Source: Eledone cirrhosa
Lineage: Eukaryota
Assembly: GCA_964016885.1 (NCBI GenBank)
Contig: CAXHJY010000059.1
Location: 1 to 57,012, forward strand
Length of the DNA: 57,012 nucleotides
Reading direction: 5' to 3'
Shown here: in pieces, positions 37,990 to 50,309 of the stretch
How positions within the stretch are numbered: position 1 is the stretch's first letter
Layout: the number at the start of each line of letters is the position of its first letter
The notes under the pieces: generated by a model
Databases searched by the model: none
Told to the model about the DNA's origin: nothing
What the model saw: only the letters and a program-made list of their open reading frames with translations
Translations under genes and position numbers: made by a program

Positions 37990-38059
37990 ATGTATTTTAT
38001 CTGACGAGTACGTACTGAGAACACGGTACAGTACCTTCGAAATATATATAATAAAACAT
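37990..38059 (+). ncRNA. Minimal hammerhead ribozyme motif
   Basis: Same as 4853-4922. Confidence 0.75.
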
Positions 38060-38199
38060 ATATTTTGATTATGTGAATGTCTTCATTTATTTATATTCTG
38101 AATAATATTAATAACTTCAGAAAATGTCACTGTAGAGTGCTTTTAATCTATTGTAAAACTATATTCATTGAGTAATCAATGAACCATATTAATCTTTGG

Positions 38200-38236
<37 letters not shown>

Positions 38237-38240
<4 letters not shown>

Positions 38241-39207
38241 TCTATAGAAATAGTGGACAGCTTCCGTTACCTGGGTGACAAATCAGCAGTGGGGGAGGGT
38301 GCTCTGAATGTACAGTAGCTAGAGTCAGAACTGGATGGAAAAAGTTCAGAGAGCTTATACCACTATTAGCCGCTAAAGGGTTCTCCCTAAAAATGAAAGG
38401 CAGGTTGTGTGATGCCTGCATACGAACAGCAATGTTGCATGGCAGTGAGACCTGGGCATTGTGTGCAGAGGATAAACGCAGACTAGAGAGGAACGAAGCC
38501 TGCATGCTCCGCTGGATGTGTAATAGTAATATACGTGAACGGCAAAGCATAAACGAACTAAGGAAAACATTAGAAATAAAAGGGATCAGATGTTGTTTAC
38601 TCGAGAGAAGGCTACGTTGGTATGGTCACGTGATACGCATGAAAGTTGACAGCTGTATAACAAAGTGCAGGGCAATAAAGATAGACGGTAGCCACGGAGT
38701 AGGCAGACCCAGAAAACCTGGGACGACCTGATAAATTCCGACCTCACACACTTACACCTCTCCAAGACAATGTCACTGGACCGAGATCTTTGGCGGTACT
38801 CAGTAATAGAGAAGACCCGCCTTACCTAAATACAAAGTAAAACCTACAGTCAGTAGGCATCTCTAACAATATACACTCCGTCCCACCACCCCCACTCCAT
38901 CCACACCGCCCCTTTCAATGTAAAGGTATGTTGGTGCCACAACATCCAGGCCGAAACAAATGAGATCGTGTAGGTGTCACGACAATAAAAACACACAGTC
39001 CACGCTGTAATGTGGCCGTGTAGGCAACACAGTAAAAACCTCCCAGCCCCACACTGTAAATGTGGTTGGTGTTAGGAAGGGCATCCAGCTGTAGAAAACC
39101 GGCCAGACAGTCCTATGCGAGCAAGACAACCACTCTTGCCTCAGTGGGAAAACTCCCGTCCAAACCCATGCAAGCGTGGAACATGGACGTTAAACGATGA
39201 TGATGAT
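38237..39207 (+). mobile_element. Module D copy 6: RTE 3' fragment with (GAT)n tail; end of array
   Basis: ORF 38393-38731; tail ggacgttaaac(gat)4. Confidence 0.9.
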
Positions 39208-39222
39208 TATATATATATATAT

Positions 39223-39481
39223 GTCTAGGGCGGGCAAAATTCCCAGATCCTCGGACTAGTTCTCTCTATCGGTTTCTGTCCCTCATCATCGCTGCCATGT
39301 CCTGCTTCTCCCAGAGACCAGCGTCTGTCCTGAGCGCATCAATATATGTCCCTCGGTCTCCCTCTTCCAGTGTGCCCGTGTAGGGGGCTCCGACAGGAGC
39401 ACTGAGTGCAGTGTCAACTCTCGATGTCGGTGAGCATGTCCAGCTAACCTCAGTCTCCTCTGTCTTACTCTCGAGCTGACT
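39223..39481 (-). mobile_element. Degraded RTE/RTE-X-type LINE 3' end (different family)
   Basis: Manual minus-strand translation VRQRRLRLAGHAHRHRE...HGHTGRGRPR / TYIDALRTDAG...MMRDRNR*, with a frameshift. Confidence 0.8.
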
Positions 39482-39870
39482 TTATATATATATATATATA
39501 TATTAGAAAAAAAAACGAGGTTATTTCGTTTACATATGAAAAATATGTGTATCGACCTGTTACGTGCGTTTCGAAGAGGCTCTAGTTACTTACCCCCACA
39601 CACAATATACATAAGTGGAAGAGATGAGGTTGAAGATGATCCCCAGCTGAAGATGTAAAAAAAGGTACTTTGACATGGTTTAAATCACATGGCCCTCAGT
39701 TTTACAGAGATGAACTTAAAGGCTGGTATCAACCCTTGCAGAAGGGTACTGACCAAGATGGAGCACACGTTGAAAAATAACTTAAACCGTTTTTTCCAAC
39801 TGCCCTTTTTCCACAAATATTTTGAAGTAGGCCCATGTGAGTGTATGTGTGTGTGTGTATATATATATAT

Positions 39871-40229
39871 ATAGGGACGAGTAGGACCCCAACGGCTGAG
39901 CTCAAGACGTTTCGACGGCTAATTCTAGACTGACTCCAGAATTAGCCGTCGAAACGGCTTGAGCTCAGCCGTCGGGGTCCTACTCGTTCCTATTACCCAC
40001 TCTACTACCCTAAGTATTGAGTACTTTGGTGCGTTATAGTCCACCTGGTTCCTTACCACACTTCCTTCGTTATATAGTACTCAATACTTAGGGTAGTAGA
40101 GTGGGTAATAGGAACGAGTAGGACCCCGACGGCTGAGCTCAAGCCGTTTCGACGGCTAATTCTGGACGAATTATGTCCAGAATTAGCCGTCGAAACGGCC
40201 TGAGCTCAGCCGCCGGGGTCCTACTCGTT

Positions 40230-40234
<5 letters not shown>
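39871..40234. repeat. Nested palindrome a'-a-b-loop-b'-a'-a (probable Penelope-like relic)
   Basis: a' 39871-39929, a 39935-39993, b 39994-40025, b' 40076-40107, a' 40108-40167, a 40175-40234. Confidence 0.9.
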
Positions 40235-40285
<51 letters not shown>

Positions 40286-40323
40286 TTGCGAGGTTTTTGA
40301 TATGAAATCGTTTGTCGGAACAT

Positions 40324-40737
40324 ATATTCTTATACTTGGGGAGGGTCATATTGTTGTAATAATATTGCCAGAAATAATAACAGAACACATTCACTGCTTG
40401 GTTGGTTTATGCTTCTGTATCTTTTATATCTCCATAGTTAATTTATTTGGCAATCAATGTTTAATAAATATGGCGTAGACATACAATACAACAGGAGGAA
40501 ACATAATAGTACCATTGGTGATGTTGCTGATGTGCAACGAAAGAACTTTGTTGGATTATATATATGTTTTTATATCTGTATTTTTGACCGTTGGTCAATT
40601 AATGATAAACATTGATTGCCAAATAAATTAACTATGGAGATATAAATGATACGGAAGTGAAAACCAACCACACCAAACAGTGAGTGTGTTGTTATTATTT
40701 CTGGCAATATTATAATAATATGACCCTCCCCAAATAT

Positions 40738-40784
<47 letters not shown>

Positions 40785-40861
40785 AATATATATGTGGTCC
40801 ACCTGGTTCCTTACCACATTTCCTTCGTTATATATATTTATATATATATATATATTTATTC

Positions 40862-40904
<43 letters not shown>

Positions 40905-41253
40905 GGAGGTGAGTTTTATTGTAGTACAATAAAGCAATGCAGATATCGGATAAGAAGCACTCTACAGTTTGTGGGACTGGAGTATGCATAATGTATTGAA
41001 ATGCGCATAATAAAATATATTGAACTCCTTTAACCATCTTTTGATCTTATATTATATATATATATATATATATTTATTTATTTATTTATTTATATATATT
41101 TTTTTAACCGCTGATCAATTAATGATAAACATTGATTGCCAAATAAATTAACTATGGAGATATAAAAGATACGGAAGCGAAACCAACCAAACAGTGAGTG
41201 TGTTCTGTTATTATTTCTGGCAATATTATTACAATATGACCCTCCCCAAATAT

Positions 41254-41291
<38 letters not shown>

Positions 41292-41317
41292 TCATTTTTA
41301 TATATATATATTTATGC

Positions 41318-41363
<46 letters not shown>

Positions 41364-41618
41364 TCATTTATATATATATATATAAATATATATATTTATT
41401 CATTTATATATATATATATTTTTATATATATATATATATATTTATTCATTTATTTATATATATATTTTTAACCGCTGATCAATCAATGATATACATTGAT
41501 TGCCAAATAAATTAACTATGGAGATATAAAAGATACAAAAGCGAAAACCAACCAAACAGTGAATGCGTTCTGTTATTATTTCTGGCAATATTACAACAAT
41601 ATGACCCTCCTCAAGTAT

Positions 41619-41625
<7 letters not shown>
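40324..41625. repeat. ~140-160-bp AT-rich repeat: one inverted plus three direct copies
   Basis: 40324-40463 is inverted relative to 40606-40745; direct copies at ~41106-41260 and ~41469-41625 (cattgattgccaaataaattaactatggagatata...). Confidence 0.9.
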
Positions 41626-41664
<39 letters not shown>

Positions 41665-41769
41665 GAAAAGTATATATATATATTTGAAGTTTGTGTTGGA
41701 GCTCTGAAATAGCGATGTATATATGAATATATATATAAATAGCGATGTATATATGAATATATATATATA

Positions 41770-41960
41770 TAATTGTTTCTACTTTTGGCACAAGGCCAGC
41801 AAATACCCAGTGCATTACTGGTACTTTATTTTATCGACCCCGTAAGGATGAAAGGCAAAGTTGATCTCGGCGGGATTTGAACTCAGAATGGAAAGGGCCG
41901 TAACTCTATGCGTCAAAGCATCGTGTCTGACCCTCTACTCATACTGCCAATCCACGGCCC
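41770..41960 (-). mobile_element. tRNA-derived SINE
   Basis: Minus strand box A-like tggcagtatgagtag and box B gagttcaaatccc (41872-41884), followed by gcctttcatccttacggggtcgataaaataaagtacc, a central SINE-like domain. Confidence 0.8.
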
Positions 41961-41972
41961 TATATTTAATAT

Positions 41973-42288
41973 AATTGTTTCTACTTTAGGCATAAGGCCA
42001 CCAAATACCCAGTGCATTACTGGTACTTTATTTTATCGACCCCGTAAGGATGAAAGGCAAAGTTAATATGTGTGCTTATTTAATATGTGTGTTTATTTAA
42101 TATAATTGCTTCTACTTTAGGCACAAGGCCAGCAATTACCCAGTGCATTACTGGTACTTTATTTTATCGACCCCGTAAGGATGAAAGGCAAAGTTAATAT
42201 GTGTGCTTATTTAATATGTGTGTTTATTTAATATAATTGTTTCTACTTTAGGCATAAGGCCACCAAATACCCAGTGCATTACTGGTAC
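41973..42288 (-). repeat. 131-bp tandem repeat of the SINE 3' half (~2.4 copies)
   Basis: aattg(t/c)ttctact at 41973, 42104, 42235. Confidence 0.9.
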
Positions 42289-42483
42289 TAATATAATGTG
42301 TGCTTACTTAAAAACATTTTGAAGGCCTTTCCCTATGAGTTTAAGGAATATAAGGTAGTGACTATGGTCACATACGTAGCTTCAGTAAAAACAAAGGGTA
42401 GTAATAGAGATTAAAGTTTTAAACAAGTAATATCCTGCTTTCCTCATAATACGAGATTGTGTAATAGTTGGTAAGATGCGGAT

Positions 42484-42522
<39 letters not shown>

Positions 42523-42527
<5 letters not shown>

Positions 42528-42677
42528 AACGAGTAGGACCCCGACGGTTGAGCTCAAGCCGTTTCGACGGCTATTTCTGGATTAAACTTTAGACGGCTAT
42601 TTCTTGACTACACTTTAGTCCAGAGATAGCCGTCGAAACGGCTTGAGCTCTGCCGTCGGGGTCATACATTATCCTAT
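42523..42677. repeat. Second a'-a palindrome of the 39871 family
   Basis: ataggaacgagtaggaccccgacgg...gccgtcggggtc...cctat, with an internal duplication of gacggctatttct. Confidence 0.88.
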
Positions 42678-42693
42678 ATATATATATATATAT

Positions 42694-42990
42694 GCTGAGT
42701 CGTGCGTGAACAACCCAGCATAAATGTGTTGAGAGAGAAAGATGGTATGGACATGTGATGCGCATGGAGGATGACCGATGGATGAAGAAGTGCCAGGAAA
42801 TGCCAGTTGAAGGAAGACATTCGTAGAGGTAGACCACGTTAAACATGGGCGGAGGTGGTGAGAGCAGACCTCAGATCGCTGAAGCTCACGGAGGAGATGA
42901 CGAAGGACCGTGACAAGTGGAGAGATGCTGTGCTGAATAGGGCTCGTCCAACCCAGGGAAAAGCGGACGTAAAATGATGATGATGATGAT
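42694..42990 (+). mobile_element. RTE LINE 3' end with (GAT)n tail
   Basis: RWYGHVMRMEDDRWMKKC, RGRPR*TWAEVV...DRDKWR; tail gcggacgtaaaat(gat)n. Confidence 0.88.
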
Positions 42991-43371
42991 ATATATATAT
43001 ATATATCATCCGCATCGTACCAACTATTACACATTGTCTACTTCCCCCCACGACACACACACACACACACACATATATACGCAAACATATATATACGCAC
43101 ATATATATTCACACATACGTATATATGCACATAAATATGTACAAACACACATATATATACACACTTATTCTCATACATACACAGATATATATATATATAT
43201 ATTCACATGCATATACACGCAAACACATATATATATATATATATACACATATATTCATACATACACATATATATATATTCATATATATACAGATACATAC
43301 ATACACATATACATATATATATATATTCACATACACATATATATACACACACATACACCAAACCGACGACC

Positions 43372-43950
43372 AACACCACCACCATCACCACCACCATCAT
43401 CACTACCATCACCACCACTACCACCATCACCATCACTACCACCACCATCACCACTACCACCACCATCACTACCACCATCACTACCACCATCACCACCACC
43501 ACCATCACTACCACTACCACCACCACTACCACCACCACCACCACCATCACTACCATCACCACCACCACCACCATCACCACCACCACTACCACCATCACTA
43601 CCACCATCACCACCACCATCACTACCACCACCATCACCACCATCACTACCATCATCACCACCATCACCACCACCACCATCACTACCACTACCACCACCAC
43701 CACCACCATCACTACCACCACCACCATCACTACCACTACCACCACCATCACCATCACTACCATCACCATCACCACCACTACCACCATCACTACCACTACC
43801 ACCACCACCATCACTACCATCATCACCACCACCACCACCACCACCACCATCACTACCATCATCACCACCACCATCACTACCACTACCACCACCACCATCA
43901 CCACCACCATCACTACCATCATCATCACCACCACCACCACCACCACTACC
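43372..43950. repeat. (CAC/CAT/TAC)n trinucleotide tract
   Basis: Direct reading. Confidence 0.95.
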
Positions 43951-43974
43951 ACACAACACCGCCGCCAGCAGCAG

Positions 43975-44255
43975 CACTATCCAACACACCGCCAGTTTCC
44001 AGGCTCGTCAGCTCGCCTCGAGTCGCAGCGCTTTCATGACTAAGAAAAACCGGAAGTGGCAAGTTAAAACAGCACATCAAGTGCCGCCCTCTATCGACGC
44101 TATGTTTAACGTTTCACTGATCTGCTGCGCCATTTTCCATCTAGAAACGTATTTGTTCACGCTTCGCTGAGCGGCACAAGTACGCTTGCCCGTCATTCGT
44201 GTCACACTTGACTAACAAAAGTCAGCGATTTAAAATGAAACCTTCAATTATGTCA
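43975..44255. promoter_or_regulatory. CpG-rich unique island with ETS, CTCF-like and YY1 motifs
   Basis: accggaagtg 44049-44058; gccgccctctatcg 44083-44096; cgccatttt 44128-44136. Confidence 0.4.
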
Positions 44256-44259
44256 GATA

Positions 44260-44529
44260 TACGTGTGTATATATGTGTGTATGTATGTATATATATATAT
44301 ATATATGTAAATGTATGTATGTGTGTGTGTGTATATGTGTGTATGTATGTTTGTATGTGTGTGTGTATATGTGTGTATATATGTGTGTATGTATGTGTGT
44401 ATATGTAAATGTATATATGTATATGTAAATGTATGTATGTTTGTGTGTGTGTATGTGTGTGTATATATGTGTGTATATATGTGTGTATGTATGTATATAT
44501 ATATGTAAATGTATGTATGTTTGTTTGTA

Positions 44530-44561
<32 letters not shown>

Positions 44562-45013
44562 TGTATGTATGTTTGTATGTGTGTGTGTATATATGTGTGT
44601 ATGTATGTATATATATATGTAAATGTATATATGTATGTATGGATGTGTGTATATATGTGTGTATGTATGTATATATATATATGTAAATGTATGTATGTTT
44701 GTGTGTGTGTATGTGTGTGTGTATATGTGTGTATATATGTGTGTATGTATGTATATATATATGTAAATGTATGTATGTTTGTATGTGTGTGTGTGTATAT
44801 GTGTGTATGTGTGTGTATATGTGTGTATATATGTGTGTATGTATGTGTGTATGTATATATATATGTAAATGTATGTATGTTTGTATGTGTGTGTATGTGT
44901 GTATATATGTGTGTATGTATGTATATATATATATGTAAATGTATGTATGTTTGTATGTGTGTGTGTGTGTATATATGTGTATGTATATATATGTAAATGT
45001 ATGTATGTTTGTA

Positions 45014-45044
<31 letters not shown>

Positions 45045-45281
45045 GTGTGTATGTATGTGTGTATGTATGTATATATATGTAAATGTATATATGTATGTAT
45101 GTATGTGTGTATATATGTGTGTATGTATGTATATATATATGTAAATGTATGTATGTTTGTGTGTGTGTATATATGTGTGTATATATGTGTGTATGTATGT
45201 ATATATATATGTAAATGTATGTATGTTTGTATGTGTGTGTGTATGTGTGTATATATATATGTAAATGTATGTATGTTTGTA

Positions 45282-45312
<31 letters not shown>

Positions 45313-45879
45313 GTGTGTATGTATGTGTGTATGTATGTATATATATATGTAAATGTATGTATGTTTGTGTGTGTCTGTGTGTATATGTGTGTATATATGT
45401 GTGTATGTATGTATATATATATGTAAATGTATGTATGTTTGTATGTGTGTATATATGGGTGTATGTGTGTATGTATGTGTGGATGTATATATATATATGT
45501 ATGTATCTACGTATGAATGTATATATGTAAGTAAGTATATGTATGTATATATATATATGTATGTATCTACGTATGAATGTATATATGTAAGTATATGTAT
45601 GTATATATATATGTAAATGTATGTATGTATGTATGTATCTACGTATGTATGTCTATATGTATGTAAGTAAGTATATGTATGTAAGTATGTATATATGTGT
45701 GTAAATGTATGTATGTATATGTATATATGTATGGATCTACGTATGTATGTATATATGTATGTAAGTATATGTATGTATATATATGTGTGTAAATGTATGT
45801 ATGTATATGTATGTGTATGTTTGTATACGTATGTAAGTATATGTATGTAAGTATGTATATATATGTGTGTAAATGTATG

Positions 45880-45916
<37 letters not shown>

Positions 45917-46372
45917 ATATATATGTATGTATGTGTATGTATGTATATATCTACGTATGTATCTATATATGTATGTAAGTAAGTATATGTATATATATAT
46001 ATATGTAAATATATGTATGTGTATGTTTACATATATATATGTATGTACGTATGTATGTATGTGTATGTATGCATAAATATATATGTATCAATGTATCTAT
46101 GTATGGATGTATATGTGTCTATGTAAGTGTGTATGTGTATGTAAGTATGTATTTGTGTCTGTATGTATGTATGCGGATATGTATGTATGATGTATGCGTG
46201 TGTATGTGTGTGTGTATGTAAGTATATATGTATGTATGGAAGTATGTATATGTTTATGTGAATGTAAGTATATATATATATATTTACATATATATGCATT
46301 ATGTACTTATGTATGTATGTATGCGGGTATGTAAGTATCACTATGTATATGTGTATGTATATGTGTATGTAC

Positions 46373-46429
<57 letters not shown>

Positions 46430-46500
46430 TATTTATGTATACATATATATACGTGTGTTAATGTATATGTATGGATGTTTGAGTATGTATATGTACGAAT
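44260..46500. repeat. (TG/TA/TATG)n compound tract with recurring gtaaatgtatgtatgtttg
   Basis: Direct reading. Confidence 0.93.
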
Positions 46501-46832
46501 CTATGTATGTAATATGTGTCTGTATGTATATGGGTGATCGTTTATGTGTACGTATATATGTTTCTATCGATGTACGGGCGTGTGTGGGTATATATATATA
46601 CACACATATACATATATATATATATACACATATATATATATATATATGGAGAGTTTCTTTCTTTTGTAATTGTCTTTATTTGAATGTATAAATGTACACA
46701 CATATATATATGTATATATATACATATATATATGTGTGTATATATATACATATATATATACATACGAAGACTCAGTCATATGTATACACACACAATCACA
46801 GTTTCCTATCTTCTATTACACGCTCTCTCTAG

Positions 46833-46883
<51 letters not shown>

Positions 46884-47118
46884 GATAGAGATAGATAGAT
46901 AGAGCGTGAGATAGCGAGAGAGAGCTAACGAGAGAGAGTGGGAGAGAGAGTGGGCGAGAGAGAGAGAGAGAGAGTGGGCGAGAGAGAGAAAGAGACAGAG
47001 CGAGGGAGCGAGAGAGAGAAAGCGAGGGAGCGAGAGAGAGAAAGCGAGGGAGCGAGAGAGAGAGAGCGAGCGAGAGAGCGAGAGAGAAAAAACGAGACAG
47101 AGATATATACATACATAC

Positions 47119-47149
<31 letters not shown>

Positions 47150-47150
47150 T

Positions 47151-47181
<31 letters not shown>

Positions 47182-47250
47182 TACATACACACACACACAC
47201 ATAGACACACATACATACATACATACATACATAGACACACACACATACAT

Positions 47251-47570
47251 GGGGTGGCGTGGTCCAGCAGTTAGTGTGTTTGCTTTTCTGATCACAAGAA
47301 CGCTGGTTCGGTTTCTAACAATTTACTGCGACATTACACAAGACACATTATTTCACGTTAAATCCCGTCCCCCGTTCCCTCCATGGTTGGGGAGAACCTC
47401 TTTCACCTGTGCACCAAACGTCCAACATCGTCAGACACTGTGGTACGCTGAATCTCCCTGAGAAAAAGTCACACGTTAAAAGACACACGTCTGTTCTCTA
47501 TAGAATGTACAAGCAGTTCTTCCACTACAAAATGCCAGGAGCCGGGCGTTTCGTTGGTCGTAGATATGGA
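47251..47570 (+). mobile_element. Degenerate tRNA-derived SINE
   Basis: Box A-like tggtccagcagttag and box B-like ggttcggtttct; body words caagacacattatttcacgtt and gtacgctgaatctccctgag recalled from mollusc SINEs (not verified). Confidence 0.5.
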
Positions 47571-47589
47571 AGAGGTATCTTCGAAGTGA

Positions 47590-49600
47590 CGGTGGTGTTG
47601 GTGGTGGTGTTGGTGGTATTGGTAGTGGTGGTGGTGGTGGTGGTGGTGGTGGTGGTGGTGATGGTGGTGGTGTTAGTGATAGTGGTGGTGGTGGTGGTGG
47701 TGGTGGTGATGATGGTGATGGTGGTGGTGTTGGTGGTGGTGGTGGTGATGATGGTGGTGATGATGGTGGTGTTGGTGGTGGTGTTGGTGGTGTTGGTGGT
47801 GTTGGTGGTGTTGGTGTTGGTGGTGTTGGTGGTGGTCGTGGTGGTGGTGGTGACGGTGGTGGTGGTGGTGGTGGTGGTGGTGACGGTGGTGATGGTGGTG
47901 TTGGTAGTGGTGGTGATAGTGGTGGTGATAGTGTTGGTGATGGTGTTGGTGGTGATGGTGGTGGTGTTGGTGATGGTGGTGGAGGTGATGGTGGTGGAGG
48001 TGATGGTGGTGGTGATGATGGTGGTGATGATGGTGATGGTGGTGATGGTGGTGATGATGGTGATGGTGGTGATGGTGGTGGTGTTGGTGGTGGTGTTGGT
48101 GGTGTTGTTGGTGGTGGTGGTGGTGGTGGTGGTGTTGGTGGTGGTGTTGGTGGTGATGATGATGGCTCTGGTGGCAGATTTATGATGCTGGCGACGACGA
48201 TGACGTCATCAAAAGTAACGATGGTTACAATTCACCTGGACTGAAAGGCAACAGTAACAATGACGTCACTGTTGCTGACACTGATCTGACCCATGATGAT
48301 GATGATGATGGTGGTGTGGTGGTGGTGATGACGGTGGTGGTGGTGTGGTGGTGGTGGTGTTGATGGTGGTGTTGATGGTGGTGTTGGTGGTGGTGTTGGT
48401 GGTAGTGTTGATGATTGTGGTGGTGGGGGAGATGGTGGTGGTTGTGATGGTGATTGTGGTGATGGTGGTGATGGTGGTGTTGCTGGTGGTGGTGATGGTG
48501 ATTGTGGTGATGGTGGTGGTGGTGTGGTGGTGATGGTGGTGGTGGTGTGGTGGTGATGGTGATTGTGGTGGTGATTGTGGTGATGATTGTGATGGTGGTG
48601 ATGGTGGTGGTGGTGATGATGGTGATGGTGGGGATGATGGTGATGGTGGGGATGATGGTGATGATGGTGTTGGTGGTAATGGTGTTGGTGGTGATGGTGA
48701 TTGGTGATGATGACAGTGATGGTGGGGATGGTGGTGTTGGGGATGGTGGTGTTGGTGGTGGTGGTGTGGTGGTGGTGTGGGGGTGATAGTGGTCGTGTTC
48801 ATGATTGTGATGGTGGTGGTGTTGTTGGTGATGGAGGTGGTGAGATTCGTGCTGATGGTGATGATGATCATGTTGGTGGCGGTGGTGGTGTTGGTGGTAT
48901 TTGCTATGGTGGCTGTGGAGGCGCTGTTGATAGTGACGAATGCCACCTAGCAATGGTGTCACTACTGTTATAGCAGCCATGGCTGATGGCGATGATGATG
49001 ATCGTGATGATAATGATGATGATGATGATGATGATGATGGGGATGGTGGCGTTAATGGCGGCTAAGTTGGTCATGATAATGATGGTGGATGTGGTGTTGG
49101 TGTGACGGCCATGTTGGTTGTGCTAATGACGTAGATGACGATGGTGGTGCTGGTGGTGGTGACGGCGATGATGATGATGGTGGTGGTGGTGGTGATGGTG
49201 GTGATGGCGTTGATGGTGGTGGTGGTGGTGACGGCGATGATGGTGGTGGTGGTAATGATGGTGGTGGTCGTGGTGGTAATGATGGCGATGATGCTGCTGA
49301 TGATGGAGGCGGAGGTGGTGTCGGTGACGGCCATGTTGATTATGCTAATGATGTAAATGACGATGATGATCGTGATGATGATGATGATGATGATGATGGT
49401 GTTGATGGCGAAGGGTGGTGTTGATGGCGGGGGTGGTGTTGATGGCAGGGTGTGGTGTTGATGGCAGGGGGTGGTGTTGATGGAAGGGGGTGGTGTTGAT
49501 GGCAGGGGGTGGTGTTGATGGCGGCCAAGTTGGTCGTGGTAATGATGACGATAATGATGGTGGAGGTGGAGATGGTGACCGCCATGTTGGTTATGGTGAC
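47590..49600. repeat. (GGT/GAT)n trinucleotide tracts, including a 20-bp G-rich tandem at ~49415-49522
   Basis: Direct reading. Confidence 0.93.
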
Positions 49601-49711
49601 CACGACGATTGCGATGGTAACAAGGATATTTACAATCTCACCAAACAAACGCCTTAACTGATAACCCTGAAAATAACGTTTTTATCACGTGATACGAGTC
49701 AGAGATTAGAA

Positions 49712-50100
49712 ATCATCATCATCCTCTTCGTTTAACATCTATCTTCCACGATAGCATGCGTTAGACGGGAGTTGTCCCACTTGAGGCAAGGTTGGTCGGG
49801 TGACCGTGTCTCGCTCGTATAGGACTGTCTGGCAGGTTCTCTACGGCTGGATGCCCTTCCTAACACCAACCACATTTACAGTGTGGACTGGGAACTTTTT
49901 ACCGTGTTACCTACACGGCCACATTACAGCCTGGACCGTGTGTTTTTTTTTCTCGTGACACCTACACGATCTCGATCTCATTTATCTCGTTTATTTGGAC
50001 TGGATGTTGTGGTACCAACTTTATAGAGAGGGGGTGGTGTTGGTGGGAGTGGGAGGATAGGGTATGGGTAGTGGATTGAGGTGTATATTTGGTTAAGAGG
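49712..50100 (-). mobile_element. Dispersed, diverged copy of the module D RTE 3' UTR
   Basis: (cat)n tail then gctggatgcccttcctaacaccaaccacatttacagtgtgg...acacggccacattacagc, the reverse complement of the D UTR. Confidence 0.9.
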
Positions 50101-50309
50101 ATTAGAAATATTCTATATATAAAATTATGGATGTTTATAATATCATCCATTTTGAATCAATTCATAATATAGAGTATTTGTATAAATATATGTGAGTTGT
50201 CTTTCTATTTCTGATGTTATCTCACACTGCCAAAAGAACTACGTTCCCATTGCTCATTCTCTCTCTCTGATGGTTATTTCCACAGATACTATGTTCAAAT
50301 TAGTCTTTC

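Larger units (their letters stand above)
37607..38202. mobile_element. Module C copy 6 with inverted repeat 37826-38108
   Basis: Matches the other copies. Confidence 0.65.

Noticed and set aside
41870-41960. tRNA gene
   Set aside because: A/B boxes are present but there is no cloverleaf, and it continues into a SINE body; the same applies to 47251-47320.
42974-44170. Poly-Pro/His/Thr/Val/Gly ORFs (extensin-, mucin- or His-rich-like)
   Set aside because: Nearly all frames are open over (CAC)n; no domain or exon structure.
47409-49648. Poly-Val/Gly/Asp/His ORFs
   Set aside because: (GGT/GAT)n microsatellite artefacts.
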